Origin: Thermodesulfobium acidiphilum
GTDB taxonomy: Bacteria; Thermodesulfobiota; Thermodesulfobiia; Thermodesulfobiales; Thermodesulfobiaceae
DNA: 64,000 bases
NCBI RefSeq assembly: GCF_003057965.1
Contig: NZ_CP020921.1
Span: 1-64,000 of the forward strand
Direction: 5' to 3'
Below are positions 21,081 to 30,819 of this stretch, one piece after another. Position 1 is the first letter of the stretch; each line of letters opens with the position of its first letter. A model generated the notes under the pieces. That model had not been told where the DNA came from, did no database searches, and was given only the letters and a program-made list of their open reading frames with translations. A program made the translations under genes and the position numbers.

Positions 21081-21344
21081 TTTAAAAAAAGAGTTGTAGC
21101 TCTAAAATACGATAAATCAAAAGGACCCCCAAGGGTCATAGCTAAGGGACAGGATGAACTTGCTGAAAGGATTATAAATATAGCAAGAAGTCATAATGTT
21201 CCCGAAATAAAGGACCCAAAACTCCTTGCAGATCTATACAAAGTTAACGTTGGTGACGATATACCAGTAGGACTATATGAGGCAGTTGCAAAAATAATTG
21301 CCCGAATATATCTTTTGAAGGGCAAAAAGGGCGTTGACCAATGA
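21081..21344 (+). CDS. FlhB C-terminal-domain paralogue (FlhX/YlqH-like), no canonical start codon; absent from ORF track
   Basis: Manual translation FKKRVVALKYDKSKGPPRVIAKGQDELAERIINIARSHNVPEIKDPKLLADLYKVNVGDDIPVGLYEAVAKIIARIYLLKGKKGVDQ*, 87 codons, matching FlhB after NPTH; first codon TTT. Confidence 0.85.
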   Translation, partial: FKKRVVALKYDKSKGPPRVIAKGQDELAERIINIARSHNVPEIKDPKLLADLYKVNVGDDIPVGLYEAVAKIIARIYLLKGKKGVDQ

Positions 21345-21393
21345 GTCATACACCTTTTAATTTGATGATATACTTAAAATATCAATAATCGAG

Positions 21394-21666
21394 GTGAGAG
21401 AAGAAATGATTAGCTCTGTTGATATGCAGGGAGTGCTTATGCAAATAACTGAGTCAGGGAGGGCACAACTTTCCAACCCCGGCTCAAGAGCTGATGCTTT
21501 GCAACAGTCAATGGCTATTCAATTCCAAAAGATCCTTGAAGAGAATAGAAATAAAGTGAAGAAAACAGAGGAAATCGAAAAGGCTTCCTCAGTAAAAAAG
21601 GTTTCTCACAGACAGACTAAAGGGGAAGAAGGTAAAAATAAAAAGGGCTTAAATGTGGTGATTTAA
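21394..21666 (+). CDS. Small flagellar-cluster hypothetical protein
   Basis: 90-aa ORF with coiled coil ending KGLNVVI, co-oriented in the cluster, extended -10 TGATATACT upstream. Confidence 0.6.
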   Translation: MREEMISSVDMQGVLMQITESGRAQLSNPGSRADALQQSMAIQFQKILEENRNKVKKTEEIEKASSVKKVSHRQTKGEEGKNKKGLNVVI

Positions 21667-21668
21667 AG

Positions 21669-22097
21669 ATGGAGTTGTTGATTTTGTTATTTCAAATAGT
21701 TGTATTGGGTGTATCTATTTTCTTTCTTTATACTCGGGAAATAAAGCTGAGAAATTTATATTCGAAGCTACCATCCGAAAGCGAAATTTTAGAACTTGAA
21801 AGTGAGATGAGAGAAATACTTTATGAGCTAAAAGACTCTCTTAGTATCGTAAAAAAACAAGGAATAAGCAATAAACTTAAAGCAGAAGAAAACAAAAGAG
21901 TTGATTTTGAAGCTGATATTGAAAACAGTTCTCCCAAACCCCTTGACCAAAATGGTGTTTATTACAGCGTGATAGAGCTTTTTTATAAAGGCTTGTCAGA
22001 AATTGAAATTTCTAGGAAACTTAATCTTCCCAAAGGAAAGGTAGATCTTATTTTGAACTTAGAAAAACTTAAAAAAGACTTTAAAGGGGGTATTTAA
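21669..22097 (+). CDS. SwrB/DUF2802-like membrane-anchored protein with C-terminal HTH-like segment
   Basis: N-terminal TM, coiled coil, VIELFYKGLSEIEISRKLNLPKGKVDLILNL. Confidence 0.6.
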   Translation: MELLILLFQIVVLGVSIFFLYTREIKLRNLYSKLPSESEILELESEMREILYELKDSLSIVKKQGISNKLKAEENKRVDFEADIENSSPKPLDQNGVYYSVIELFYKGLSEIEISRKLNLPKGKVDLILNLEKLKKDFKGGI

Positions 22098-22099
22098 GC

Positions 22100-22588
22100 T
22101 TGGGAAAAGACAATTTAACAAGCGATGTTTATGAGATTCAACTTGTAGTTTTTAAATTAGCAAATGAATTTTATGGTATTGAAATTTCGTCAGTTCAAGA
22201 GATAATTAAGATTCAAGATATTACAAGAGTGCCAAAAGCGCCTGATTTTGTAGAAGGGGTTATAAATCTAAGAGGTAAAATTGTACCTATTGTTGATCTT
22301 AGAAAAAGATTTGAACTGGGTCAAACAGAGCGCACCAAGGATACTAGAGTGATAGTCGTAGAAACTTCAGGCAATATAGTGGGTTTTATTGTCGATCTGG
22401 TAACTGAAATTCTAAGATTTTCTTCTGACTCTCTTGAACCCCCTCCGCCGATTTTTTCAGGAATTGATGCAGAATACATAAAAGGGGTTGCAAAGGTTGA
22501 CGAAAGATTAATTGTTCTACTAGACATAAATTTGATTTTTAAGGGGGAAGAAGAAGAAGGGTTAAAGATGCTAGAGGCAGGCAAGTAG
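22100..22588 (+). CDS. cheW: Chemotaxis coupling protein CheW
   Basis: QLVVFKL, VEGVINLRGKIVPIVDLR. Confidence 0.97.
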   Translation: MGKDNLTSDVYEIQLVVFKLANEFYGIEISSVQEIIKIQDITRVPKAPDFVEGVINLRGKIVPIVDLRKRFELGQTERTKDTRVIVVETSGNIVGFIVDLVTEILRFSSDSLEPPPPIFSGIDAEYIKGVAKVDERLIVLLDINLIFKGEEEEGLKMLEAGK

Positions 22589-22597
22589 GAGGAAGTT

Positions 22598-24646
22598 ATG
22601 GATATTGATGTAAACGAGTATAGATCGGTATTTTTAGAAGAAACAAGGGAACTTATAGATCAATTTGAAAAGTCTCTTTTGGAGCTAGAAAAGGATCCAA
22701 ATAACTCAGGTGCTATACAATCTCTTTTTAGAGCTGCTCATACAATAAAGGGATCTTCAGCATCTCTTGGCTTTGACTCTCTTGCTAAGTTCACTCATAG
22801 TCTTGAAAGCCTGATGGATATGGTGAGAAATTCAAAAATCGCTTTGAATCAAAATATTATAAACATACTCTTTAAAGGCTTAGATTATATACAAGAAGCG
22901 GTAGATGATATAGAAGAAGGTCACAATGGAGATATAGATTATACTGATCTTATAGAAATGATAGAAAAAGCTAAGACTTCTTCAATAGAGCTAAGCGTTT
23001 CAAAGACCTCTTCTAAAGTAGAAAAAGATATTACACGTTCCTTAGAAGAGTTAAATGATATTGAAACTGGTATTATCAATGAAGCTTTTATAAGAGGACT
23101 TAACGTTTTTGTTATAAAGTTTTCTCTTTCCCAGGGATGCCAGATGAAATACCCTAGAGCGTATATGGTTCTAAAGTCTCTTGAACAACTGGGAGAAATA
23201 TTTAAGACTGTGCCATCTGTAACTGATATAGAGCAGGAAAAGTTTGATTTGGATCTCGTCTACTATATAGTTACTAAGTCAAGCGAAGAAGAAGTGAAAA
23301 ATGTTGTACAAAGCATTGCAGAAGTTGAGATGGTTGAAGTAATGCCGTATGAATCTACTAGAACAGAACATATACAAAAAGCAGTCCAGGGGGGTATAGA
23401 AAAGGATGAAAAAAGCGAAATAAAAGTTAAAGCTGATTTTAAAAAGAGTCAGACTATTAGAATTAGCGTAGAAAGGCTTGATAATCTAATGAATCTTGTA
23501 GGAGAGTTAGTTATAGATAGGACCAGGCTTATTAAAATCAGTGAGGATGTTGAAGAGGCTCTCTCTGGTTCAGAATCGGTGACTTCTCTTGCTGAAGTGA
23601 CCACGCATATGGGTAGGACAATTAATCTACTTCAAGATGAAATACTAAGGACTAGAATGCTTCCTGTGTCGCACATATTTGAAAGGTTCCCTAGATTAGT
23701 TAGGGATTTGTCACATCAATTAAATAAGCAAATAGACTTTATAGTTTCTGGAGAGGAGACAGAACTTGACAAGTCAATAATAGACGAAATTGGTGAACCG
23801 CTTGTTCATCTTATCAGAAATTCTTTGGATCACGGTATTGAACTGCCAGAAGAAAGAAAAGCTAAAGGAAAACCAGAGAAGGGTAGGTTAAAACTCTCGG
23901 CTAAACAAGAAGAGGGTTATGTTGTTATCCAGATTGAAGATGATGGAAGGGGTTTAGATCCAGATAAGATTAGAGAAAAAGCAAAAAAAAGAGATATAGT
24001 GTCTCCCAACATATTGGATCAAATGGATGATCAGGCTTTATTCGAACTTCTCTTTCTTCCTGGCTTTTCTACAGCGGACAAGGTTTCTGAAGTCTCTGGT
24101 AGAGGAGTTGGCCTTGATGTAGTAAAGTCTGTAGTTGAAAGGTTAAATGGATCTGTATCTCTTAGCAGCAAGCTTGGCGAGTACACAAGGTTCACTTTGA
24201 AATTCCCTCTTACACTTGCTATTATACAGGCTTTGCTCGTTAAAGTTGGGAAAGAAGTTTATGCCCTACCATTGAATGTTGTTTTGGAAACGAGATTTTT
24301 AGAGGAGGAAGAGGTTAAATCCATACAATCGCAACAAGTAACCCTGTTCAGAGGAGAAGTTTTGCCGGTTTTAAGGCTTGCTGATATATTTGAAACTCCA
24401 GGTAAAGAAAATTTTCAAGACAATTTTCTTGTTGTTGTTTCTACCTCTGACAAAAATGTTGTTCTGTCTGTTAGTGATCTTATTGGAAATTCAGAAGTCG
24501 TTATAAAGCCCTTGGGTTACATAGTGAACAGAGTAAAGGGCTTTTTTGGTGCTACTATATTAGGAGATGGAAGAGTTGCCTTAATTGTAGATACCGTTTC
24601 TTTGATGAGCGCTGTTAAAGAGAAAAATTTCATAAAGGTGGGCTAA
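22598..24646 (+). CDS. cheA: Chemotaxis histidine kinase CheA
   Basis: Hpt FRAAHTIKG, LDNLMNLVGELV, HLIRNSLDHGIE, SGRGVGLDVV, CheW-like tail. Confidence 0.98.
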   Translation: MDIDVNEYRSVFLEETRELIDQFEKSLLELEKDPNNSGAIQSLFRAAHTIKGSSASLGFDSLAKFTHSLESLMDMVRNSKIALNQNIINILFKGLDYIQEAVDDIEEGHNGDIDYTDLIEMIEKAKTSSIELSVSKTSSKVEKDITRSLEELNDIETGIINEAFIRGLNVFVIKFSLSQGCQMKYPRAYMVLKSLEQLGEIFKTVPSVTDIEQEKFDLDLVYYIVTKSSEEEVKNVVQSIAEVEMVEVMPYESTRTEHIQKAVQGGIEKDEKSEIKVKADFKKSQTIRISVERLDNLMNLVGELVIDRTRLIKISEDVEEALSGSESVTSLAEVTTHMGRTINLLQDEILRTRMLPVSHIFERFPRLVRDLSHQLNKQIDFIVSGEETELDKSIIDEIGEPLVHLIRNSLDHGIELPEERKAKGKPEKGRLKLSAKQEEGYVVIQIEDDGRGLDPDKIREKAKKRDIVSPNILDQMDDQALFELLFLPGFSTADKVSEVSGRGVGLDVVKSVVERLNGSVSLSSKLGEYTRFTLKFPLTLAIIQALLVKVGKEVYALPLNVVLETRFLEEEEVKSIQSQQVTLFRGEVLPVLRLADIFETPGKENFQDNFLVVVSTSDKNVVLSVSDLIGNSEVVIKPLGYIVNRVKGFFGATILGDGRVALIVDTVSLMSAVKEKNFIKVG

Positions 24647-24648
24647 AG

Positions 24649-25518
24649 ATGATAGATCTTTCTCAAAAAGCACAGGAAAACATGAAACAGATCTTAGATA
24701 GAGTATCCGATATACCCCCCTTGCCAAACATAGTAATAGAAGCTTTAAATGTGATAAAGGACCCGAAGTCAACGGCTGTCAGTTTGGCAAACGTTATAAG
24801 TCAGGATCAGGCGCTCACTGCAAGAGTTTTAAGACTTTCAAATGCTGCTTATTTTGGTTATGCTAGAAGAATAAAAACTGTTACTGAAGCGATTGTGATA
24901 TTGGGATTTGGAGTTGTTGAAAACATCCTTTATGCAGCAGCGCTTCACGCACATTTATCCAAAGAAGTTGAGGGATATGAACTTCAAAAGGGAGCGCTTT
25001 GGGAGCACTCTATGTCGGTTGCAATTGGCGCAAAAACTCTTGCAAAGTTAGTTAAATACCCCAAGCCAGAAGAACCATTTACGGCTGGCATACTTCATGA
25101 TATAGGGAAAACCATAATAGGCAAATTTGTTCAAAAAGAGTTTCAGACAATAAATGAACTGGTAGATGAAGGTAAATCGTTTCAGGAGGCTGAAATTTCT
25201 GTTCTTGGTTTTGATCATGCCTATCTTGGAGGTAAAGTTGCAGAAAAATGGAATTTACCTACAATGTTAATTGAAGCTATTTCTCACCATCACAGCCCTA
25301 TGGATGCTAAGGAATACCTTGATATTGTTTGTATAGTACATATTGCAGATGCAGTTGCTTTAATGAGTGGTCAGGGTATTGGCGCTGACGGGCTTTTATA
25401 TAGATTAGAACCAAAAGCTATGGAAGTTTTAAATATTAAAGAAGAGCATCTTGAAAACATTTACACTCAGGTGGTTCAGGCTTTTATCGATCACAAACAG
25501 CTTTTGGAGTTAGACTAA
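24649..25518 (+). CDS. HDOD domain protein
   Basis: PPLP..DQALTARVLRLSNAAYFG, AGILHDIGK, HAYLG..AEKWNLP, HH. Confidence 0.92.
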   Translation: MIDLSQKAQENMKQILDRVSDIPPLPNIVIEALNVIKDPKSTAVSLANVISQDQALTARVLRLSNAAYFGYARRIKTVTEAIVILGFGVVENILYAAALHAHLSKEVEGYELQKGALWEHSMSVAIGAKTLAKLVKYPKPEEPFTAGILHDIGKTIIGKFVQKEFQTINELVDEGKSFQEAEISVLGFDHAYLGGKVAEKWNLPTMLIEAISHHHSPMDAKEYLDIVCIVHIADAVALMSGQGIGADGLLYRLEPKAMEVLNIKEEHLENIYTQVVQAFIDHKQLLELD

Positions 25519-25922
25519 TGATTATTAATGATCCCGTTTTTAAAATATTAGGGTTTGGCCTTTCAGGAGCATATAAGAGAAATGAAGTTCTTGCTCAAAA
25601 TATAGCAAATGCCGATACGCCCAATTATAAGTCTTATGACATCAATTTTATGTCTGAACTAAAGAAAGCTCTAGAAGAAGATCGTGATAGTCTTCCCTTA
25701 AAGAGAACAAATCCACTTCATATGTCAAATATTCCTAATCTTAGCGAAGATTTTAAAGTAGAAAAAAGAAATGAAGGCACATATATCAATGGCAATGACG
25801 TAGATCCAGAAAGAGAAAACGCAATGCTTCTGGACAACGCCCTTTATTATGAATCTCTATTGGGAAGTCTTTCTAAAGAATTTACAATATGGATGAACGT
25901 GGTATCAGATGGTAAAAAGTAA
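25518..25922 (+). CDS. flgB: Flagellar basal-body rod protein FlgB
   Basis: LAQNIANADTPNYK, NGNDVDPERE. Confidence 0.93.
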   Translation: MIINDPVFKILGFGLSGAYKRNEVLAQNIANADTPNYKSYDINFMSELKKALEEDRDSLPLKRTNPLHMSNIPNLSEDFKVEKRNEGTYINGNDVDPERENAMLLDNALYYESLLGSLSKEFTIWMNVVSDGKK

Positions 25923-25966
25923 TTGTAAAGACTTTGTTAGTTATATAAATTAGCTTTAAAATATCG

Positions 25967-26638
25967 ATGGAGGTTAGAATGAAAAGGGTGGTTCAGAAAC
26001 AGGGGCTTGATATTTCAGGTTTGATATCTAGCTCTGGCTCTTTTAAAGAGGAGTATAGGACTGACTTTAAAAAGGTTTTAAGGGAAACTGAAAATTCAAA
26101 AAGTAAAAAGAATTTATCTAATGGCTCTTCTTCGAAATTTAGCGGTTTGATCTCATCTTCTGGTGCTGTGTTCTCATCAGAAATTAGTCCTACTTTATCC
26201 AACGTTGAGGATACTAACGCAAGCTTTAATAAAACTAAACTAAAAGAGGTCGCTTCAAGTGATTGGGAAAAGGAACTTCCAGAAATAGCTAATGAATATG
26301 GCATCAAGCCAAGCTTGTTAAAGGCAATAGTTTTAGCTGAATCTAACGGTAATCCAAATGCAGTTTCTCCTGATGGGGCAATGGGATTGGGACAACTTAT
26401 GCCGTCTACTGCAAGAGGCTTAGGGGTTGAAAACCCATTTGATCCGATAGAGAATCTAAGGGGGACGGCTAAATATCTTTCCAGTTTATTAAAAACTTTT
26501 AAAAGCATAGACTTAGCGCTTGCAGCGTATAACGCTGGACCAGGTTCTGTTGAAAAATTTAACGGAGTACCTCCATATGCTGAAACCATAAACTATATCA
26601 GACGTGTTAAGAGTTTAATGGTTTCGGTTTCAGTTTAG
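25967..26638 (+). CDS. Lytic transglycosylase (SLT domain)
   Basis: AES catalytic Glu, GAMGLGQLMP, ALAAYNAGPG, PPYAETINY. Confidence 0.93.
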   Translation: MEVRMKRVVQKQGLDISGLISSSGSFKEEYRTDFKKVLRETENSKSKKNLSNGSSSKFSGLISSSGAVFSSEISPTLSNVEDTNASFNKTKLKEVASSDWEKELPEIANEYGIKPSLLKAIVLAESNGNPNAVSPDGAMGLGQLMPSTARGLGVENPFDPIENLRGTAKYLSSLLKTFKSIDLALAAYNAGPGSVEKFNGVPPYAETINYIRRVKSLMVSVSV

Positions 26639-26656
26639 ACGCATTTAGGATAAAGT

Positions 26657-28636
26657 TTGAAGTTTATTACAAATTGTAACCTAAGGAGTATAAGGTGTAG
26701 GCTCTTAATAGTAATTGTAGTATCCTTTTTGATTCCATTTCTATTTTTTTTGTGTACTCTTTTTATCCAATACCAGGATGTGAAAAGTGATATTTCAAAT
26801 GCCCTTGACTCTGTAACCGAAAGGTATAAAAGCACATTAGAGAACTTTATTTCAAGCGAATTCTATAAGCTTGAAATAATTTCTTCTATTGATAGTATAA
26901 AGAACGAATCTTTTGATTCAGAAACAGTGTTAAAGAATCTAAAGGGTTTATTTCCGGAAGCTCAAAATATTGCATATGCTAATATGTTTGGTCAAATTAT
27001 ATACTCTTCAAACAGCATAAAAGATGTTTCTGTAGCAGATAGAAGCTATTTTATAGATGCTATGAAAGGAGAGAAAGCGCTCTCAGGACTTCTTCTATTA
27101 AGGATAAGTAATAAAAAGGCAATAACGTTTGCTGTGCCGGTTTTTTCAGAAAAAAATTTTATAAGAGGTGTGATAATTGCAACAATTCCGCTTGAGACCT
27201 TATATAAGCTGATAAATCCTATAAATAGTTCACTAATCGGTAATGGTTATAATATTAGATTTGCTTTACTAGATCAGAACTCAAATGTTCTTGTTTCTTC
27301 CCCTGGGAATTCTTATCAATTTACAAGAAATGATTACAAGAGCTTTTTATTAAATCCTATTAATTTTTTATCGCTTATATTTTTTGACAGGTGGCTTGGC
27401 AGTGAAGTAAGATTGGCAGGTACTGGATGGTCTATTTATTGTGCCATATCCTCTTTTTCTTTCTTAAGCATTATAAAATTAACATTTTTTGGAGTACTAT
27501 TTAGCTTGTTTGTACTTCTAATGTTACTATTGTTTAGTTATTTTTTTGTTTATAAAGAAGTATCAAAACCCCTTAAAGTCCTTGAAAAAGTTTTTAATGA
27601 TACAAAAAAGGACGTCAGAGAGATAGATTCTATAGATTCAGAAAAGTTTACTTTAGAGTTTAAGCAACTTTTTAATAATATTGTAAACATCTGGACACAA
27701 TTAGATAAAAAGGATAAAGAGCTAGAAGCTGTTAATAAGGAATTAAGATCTGCAGAAAGAAGATATAGGGCCTTAGTTGACAACTCGCTTACTGGAATAT
27801 TTATGCTTGCGCCTGACTTTACCTTTAGATATGCAAACGTACAATTTGCAAGTATTTTTGGCTACTCTATTGCAGAACTTTTGGTAAAATCTCTACTTGA
27901 TCTGTTTACTCAGGATGGGCAAGAGGCAATAAAGTCTGCTGTTACTGATGAAGGTACAATTAAGGGCAATCGTTTTCATTCTATAATTACAGGCCTTCAT
28001 AAAAACGGCAACTTAATATATTTAGAAATACTTTTGACATATTTACTTGATGATGACGGTATTTATCTTTTTGGCACAGCGGCAGATGTTTCTGACAAAG
28101 TTGAATATCAGAGAAATCTTGAATTTTTAAGTTATAGAGACTCTCTTACAGGAATATACAATAGAAGATTTTTTGAAGAGGAGTTAGCTAAGCTTAGTAT
28201 TTCAAGACTAAGAAGAAAAGTTGCAATAGTTGTGGTTGATATTGACTGCTTAAAATGGGCAAACGATAGGATAGGGCACGCAGAAGGAGATAACCTAATA
28301 ATTCGTACAGCTCGTTTATTAGAAAGTATTTTTAAAGAACTTGGAGAAGTGTGTAGAATTGGTGGAGATGAATTTGCGGTAATTTGTATTGATTATAGAA
28401 ACGACGATTTAAACAAAGCCATAGATAGGCTAAAAAAAGTTTCCGGCTTAACTGAAGGCGAACATGTGCCTTTATATCTCTCTTTTGGCGTGGCATTTGG
28501 ACACGTGCCTGGAGATGATATGCAAGAGATCTTTAGAAAAGCTGACGATGCGATGTATTTGGACAAGGGTTCACATCACGAAGCTGTATATAATGTGTTA
28601 AAAACATATGTAAAGGAACGAGACATAGAATCTTAG
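26657..28636 (+). CDS. Membrane sensor diguanylate cyclase (Cache-PAS-GGDEF)
   Basis: TM, Cache-like ADRSYF, TM, PAS, DSLTGIYNRR, intact GGDEF, ADDAMY. Confidence 0.93.
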   Translation: MKFITNCNLRSIRCRLLIVIVVSFLIPFLFFLCTLFIQYQDVKSDISNALDSVTERYKSTLENFISSEFYKLEIISSIDSIKNESFDSETVLKNLKGLFPEAQNIAYANMFGQIIYSSNSIKDVSVADRSYFIDAMKGEKALSGLLLLRISNKKAITFAVPVFSEKNFIRGVIIATIPLETLYKLINPINSSLIGNGYNIRFALLDQNSNVLVSSPGNSYQFTRNDYKSFLLNPINFLSLIFFDRWLGSEVRLAGTGWSIYCAISSFSFLSIIKLTFFGVLFSLFVLLMLLLFSYFFVYKEVSKPLKVLEKVFNDTKKDVREIDSIDSEKFTLEFKQLFNNIVNIWTQLDKKDKELEAVNKELRSAERRYRALVDNSLTGIFMLAPDFTFRYANVQFASIFGYSIAELLVKSLLDLFTQDGQEAIKSAVTDEGTIKGNRFHSIITGLHKNGNLIYLEILLTYLLDDDGIYLFGTAADVSDKVEYQRNLEFLSYRDSLTGIYNRRFFEEELAKLSISRLRRKVAIVVVDIDCLKWANDRIGHAEGDNLIIRTARLLESIFKELGEVCRIGGDEFAVICIDYRNDDLNKAIDRLKKVSGLTEGEHVPLYLSFGVAFGHVPGDDMQEIFRKADDAMYLDKGSHHEAVYNVLKTYVKERDIES

Positions 28637-29775
28637 TCCTTTGGTAGGCAAAAGGATAAGGGTACGGCTATAAGAGGTATTATAGCTATCGCATAAAACG
28701 CAGAAATTAGCCCAAAACTGTCTGCTAATACTCCTAATAAAGGTGCAATTATACCTCCCACGCTAACAGCAAGTCCTATTGTTATCCCCGATGCTAAACC
28801 CATGCTATTTGGAAGATATTTTTGACCAAGAACTACCATTGGACTAAACGCCATATATACTGCAAAGCCTATAGGCAATAGAAATATCATTGCCAAAACC
28901 TGATTGTTTATAAAAGGAAAAGCAAGAAGGGCTGGTAAAAGTAAAATAAAGCCAGATCTTACGATATTGACGTATCCTAATCTATCAGCTAAATTGCCAC
29001 CCAAAATTGTTCCAATTGTCCCCATTAAAAAGAAAATAGTTAATGCAATGCTTCCTTCGGTTTGTGAAGCGTGATAATGATGTATCCAAAAGAGAGGAAT
29101 AAATGTATTTAATCCGAAGAATATACCAGACCTACAAAAGACTATCATCGTTAATATAAAAAATGCTTTAATCTGATTTTTTGTATTTTTTGCCCAAAGA
29201 GTTTTAGTTTCTTTTGGGCTTTGGAGTATTTTATCAAAAAATGGGATGTGAGGTAGAAGTATAATTGCCATAAATAGGCTTAAGAAAAATAAAATAATAG
29301 TAGCATGAAACCCAAAATTTAGTATTGATACAGTAGCAATAATTGGTCCAAATGCATATCCGCCATTGCCACCAAGCGCAAATAGTGAAAGCCCGCTTGC
29401 CTTTTTTTGACCTGCCAGCTTGTTCGCTAAGAGAGCGCCCTCAGGGTGAAACATTGCCACGCCAAGACCACTTATAGAGATAATAAAAAACAATATTAAG
29501 TAATTTGGTATATAACTTGAAAGGCCGATGCCAAATCCCGCCAAAAAAATTCCAAGTATCATCATCCATGCCTTTGCATGCTTGTCTGCCATTACTCCAA
29601 AAATTGGTTGAACTACAGAAGACAAAAAATTAGCAGCGAAAATAAGTCCTGCAGCAGCTGCATAGTTCAGACCGTGATACGATATCATGAATGGCAATAA
29701 AGCGGGAAGAGCGCCCTGATTTAGATCGGTGAAGAGGTGACCCATTGTTAGCAAGAAAAGGTATCTATAGTTCAT
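28633..29775 (-). CDS. MFS transporter (Fsr-like)
   Basis: Minus-strand ATG at 29775 with GGAGG RBS; multiple TMs; QPIFGVMADK, FHPEG, GGNGGYAFGP. Confidence 0.9.
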   Translation of the reverse strand: MNYRYLFLLTMGHLFTDLNQGALPALLPFMISYHGLNYAAAAGLIFAANFLSSVVQPIFGVMADKHAKAWMMILGIFLAGFGIGLSSYIPNYLILFFIISISGLGVAMFHPEGALLANKLAGQKKASGLSLFALGGNGGYAFGPIIATVSILNFGFHATIILFFLSLFMAIILLPHIPFFDKILQSPKETKTLWAKNTKNQIKAFFILTMIVFCRSGIFFGLNTFIPLFWIHHYHASQTEGSIALTIFFLMGTIGTILGGNLADRLGYVNIVRSGFILLLPALLAFPFINNQVLAMIFLLPIGFAVYMAFSPMVVLGQKYLPNSMGLASGITIGLAVSVGGIIAPLLGVLADSFGLISAFYAIAIIPLIAVPLSFCLPKD

Positions 29776-29957
29776 TTAAAACCTCCATGATAACAACTGG
29801 TTTTTTATATACTACTGTATTATATAACTTATTTCTAAAACTTTTTATATGTTAAATTTTTTATTTAACCTCAGTATTAAAAAATTTGTTATACTAAAAA
29901 AATCTTTAGTGTAACTGCGTTATGAAATTTGAGAACGTGAATTGAAAGGGGATACTT

Positions 29958-30668
29958 ATGGAGAACAGCGCTAATGAAAAAATTGTATTTGAAAATGGAG
30001 CAATTTATGAAGGGACTACTTTAAATAATGAACCTCATGGTAAAGGCAAATTAGTTTATGTTGATGGCACAATCTACGAAGGAGATTTTGTTCAGGGCAA
30101 AAGACATGGGAGAGGTAGAATAATATGGCTTACTGGCGATGAATATGATGGTGAATGGGCGAATGATAGGATAAATGGCTACGGCATCTTTACTTTTCAC
30201 GATGGGAGACAATATGTTGGAGAATGGAAGGATGATAAAGAGAACGGCTATGGAAGGCTTAGCTTCCCTGATGGGCGCTACTATGAAGGGGATTGGGTAG
30301 AAGGCAAAAAGCAGGGAAAGGGAGAATTTTCATGGCCTGATGGAACTTTCTATATAGGCGAATTTTATCATGACCACTTTAATGGTCAGGGTATATTTTG
30401 TCAGGCTGACGGCACGAGATTTGCAGGAACGTTTAATATGAACAGGACTGAGGGTAGAGCTGTGGTTACCTATTCGGATGGTTCCTGGTATGCAGGTGGC
30501 TATTTTAATGGTAAAAGACATGGATTCGGCGTGCTGGTTTTACCAGATATGACAAGATATGTGGGGGAGTGGAAAGAAGATTTAAAACATGGCGAGGGCA
30601 AACTTGTCACTCCTGATGGAGGGATTGAAAGTGGTGTCTGGGAAGAGGACGAGTTAGTAGAAAAATAA
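29958..30668 (+). CDS. MORN-repeat protein
   Basis: Almost entirely tandem YxGxWxxGxxxGxG repeats. Confidence 0.92.
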   Translation: MENSANEKIVFENGAIYEGTTLNNEPHGKGKLVYVDGTIYEGDFVQGKRHGRGRIIWLTGDEYDGEWANDRINGYGIFTFHDGRQYVGEWKDDKENGYGRLSFPDGRYYEGDWVEGKKQGKGEFSWPDGTFYIGEFYHDHFNGQGIFCQADGTRFAGTFNMNRTEGRAVVTYSDGSWYAGGYFNGKRHGFGVLVLPDMTRYVGEWKEDLKHGEGKLVTPDGGIESGVWEEDELVEK

Positions 30669-30759
30669 TTCTTCAAATTTAATTTTACAATTATATAAAA
30701 TTTTTATAACTTAATAATATTTATTAATTTATATTTTAATCTTTTATATATAAAGTTAT

Positions 30760-30768
30760 TGGTATAAT
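30760..30768 (+). promoter_or_regulatory. Extended -10 promoter element upstream of cooC
   Basis: TGGTATAAT about 50 nt upstream of cooC start; AT-rich context lowers specificity. Confidence 0.45.
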
Positions 30769-30819
30769 AATTCATAATCTAAGCTAGTATTATAGGATTT
30801 ACCCAAAGGAGGGTAAACT

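Noticed and set aside
25923..25966. Possible sigma-28 promoter upstream of the SLT gene
   Set aside because: TAAA and TCGAT elements are present but spacing and match are poor
25993..26589. 198-aa antisense ORF over the SLT gene, and similar shadow ORFs (7236-7673, 8855-9292, 18516-18911, 47759-48250)
   Set aside because: Lie opposite well-supported genes, show no recognisable motifs and are the expected by-product of codon bias
30669..30819. Possible CooA/CRP-type operator upstream of cooC
   Set aside because: No TGTCA-N6-TGACA-like site seen; only low-complexity AT palindromes
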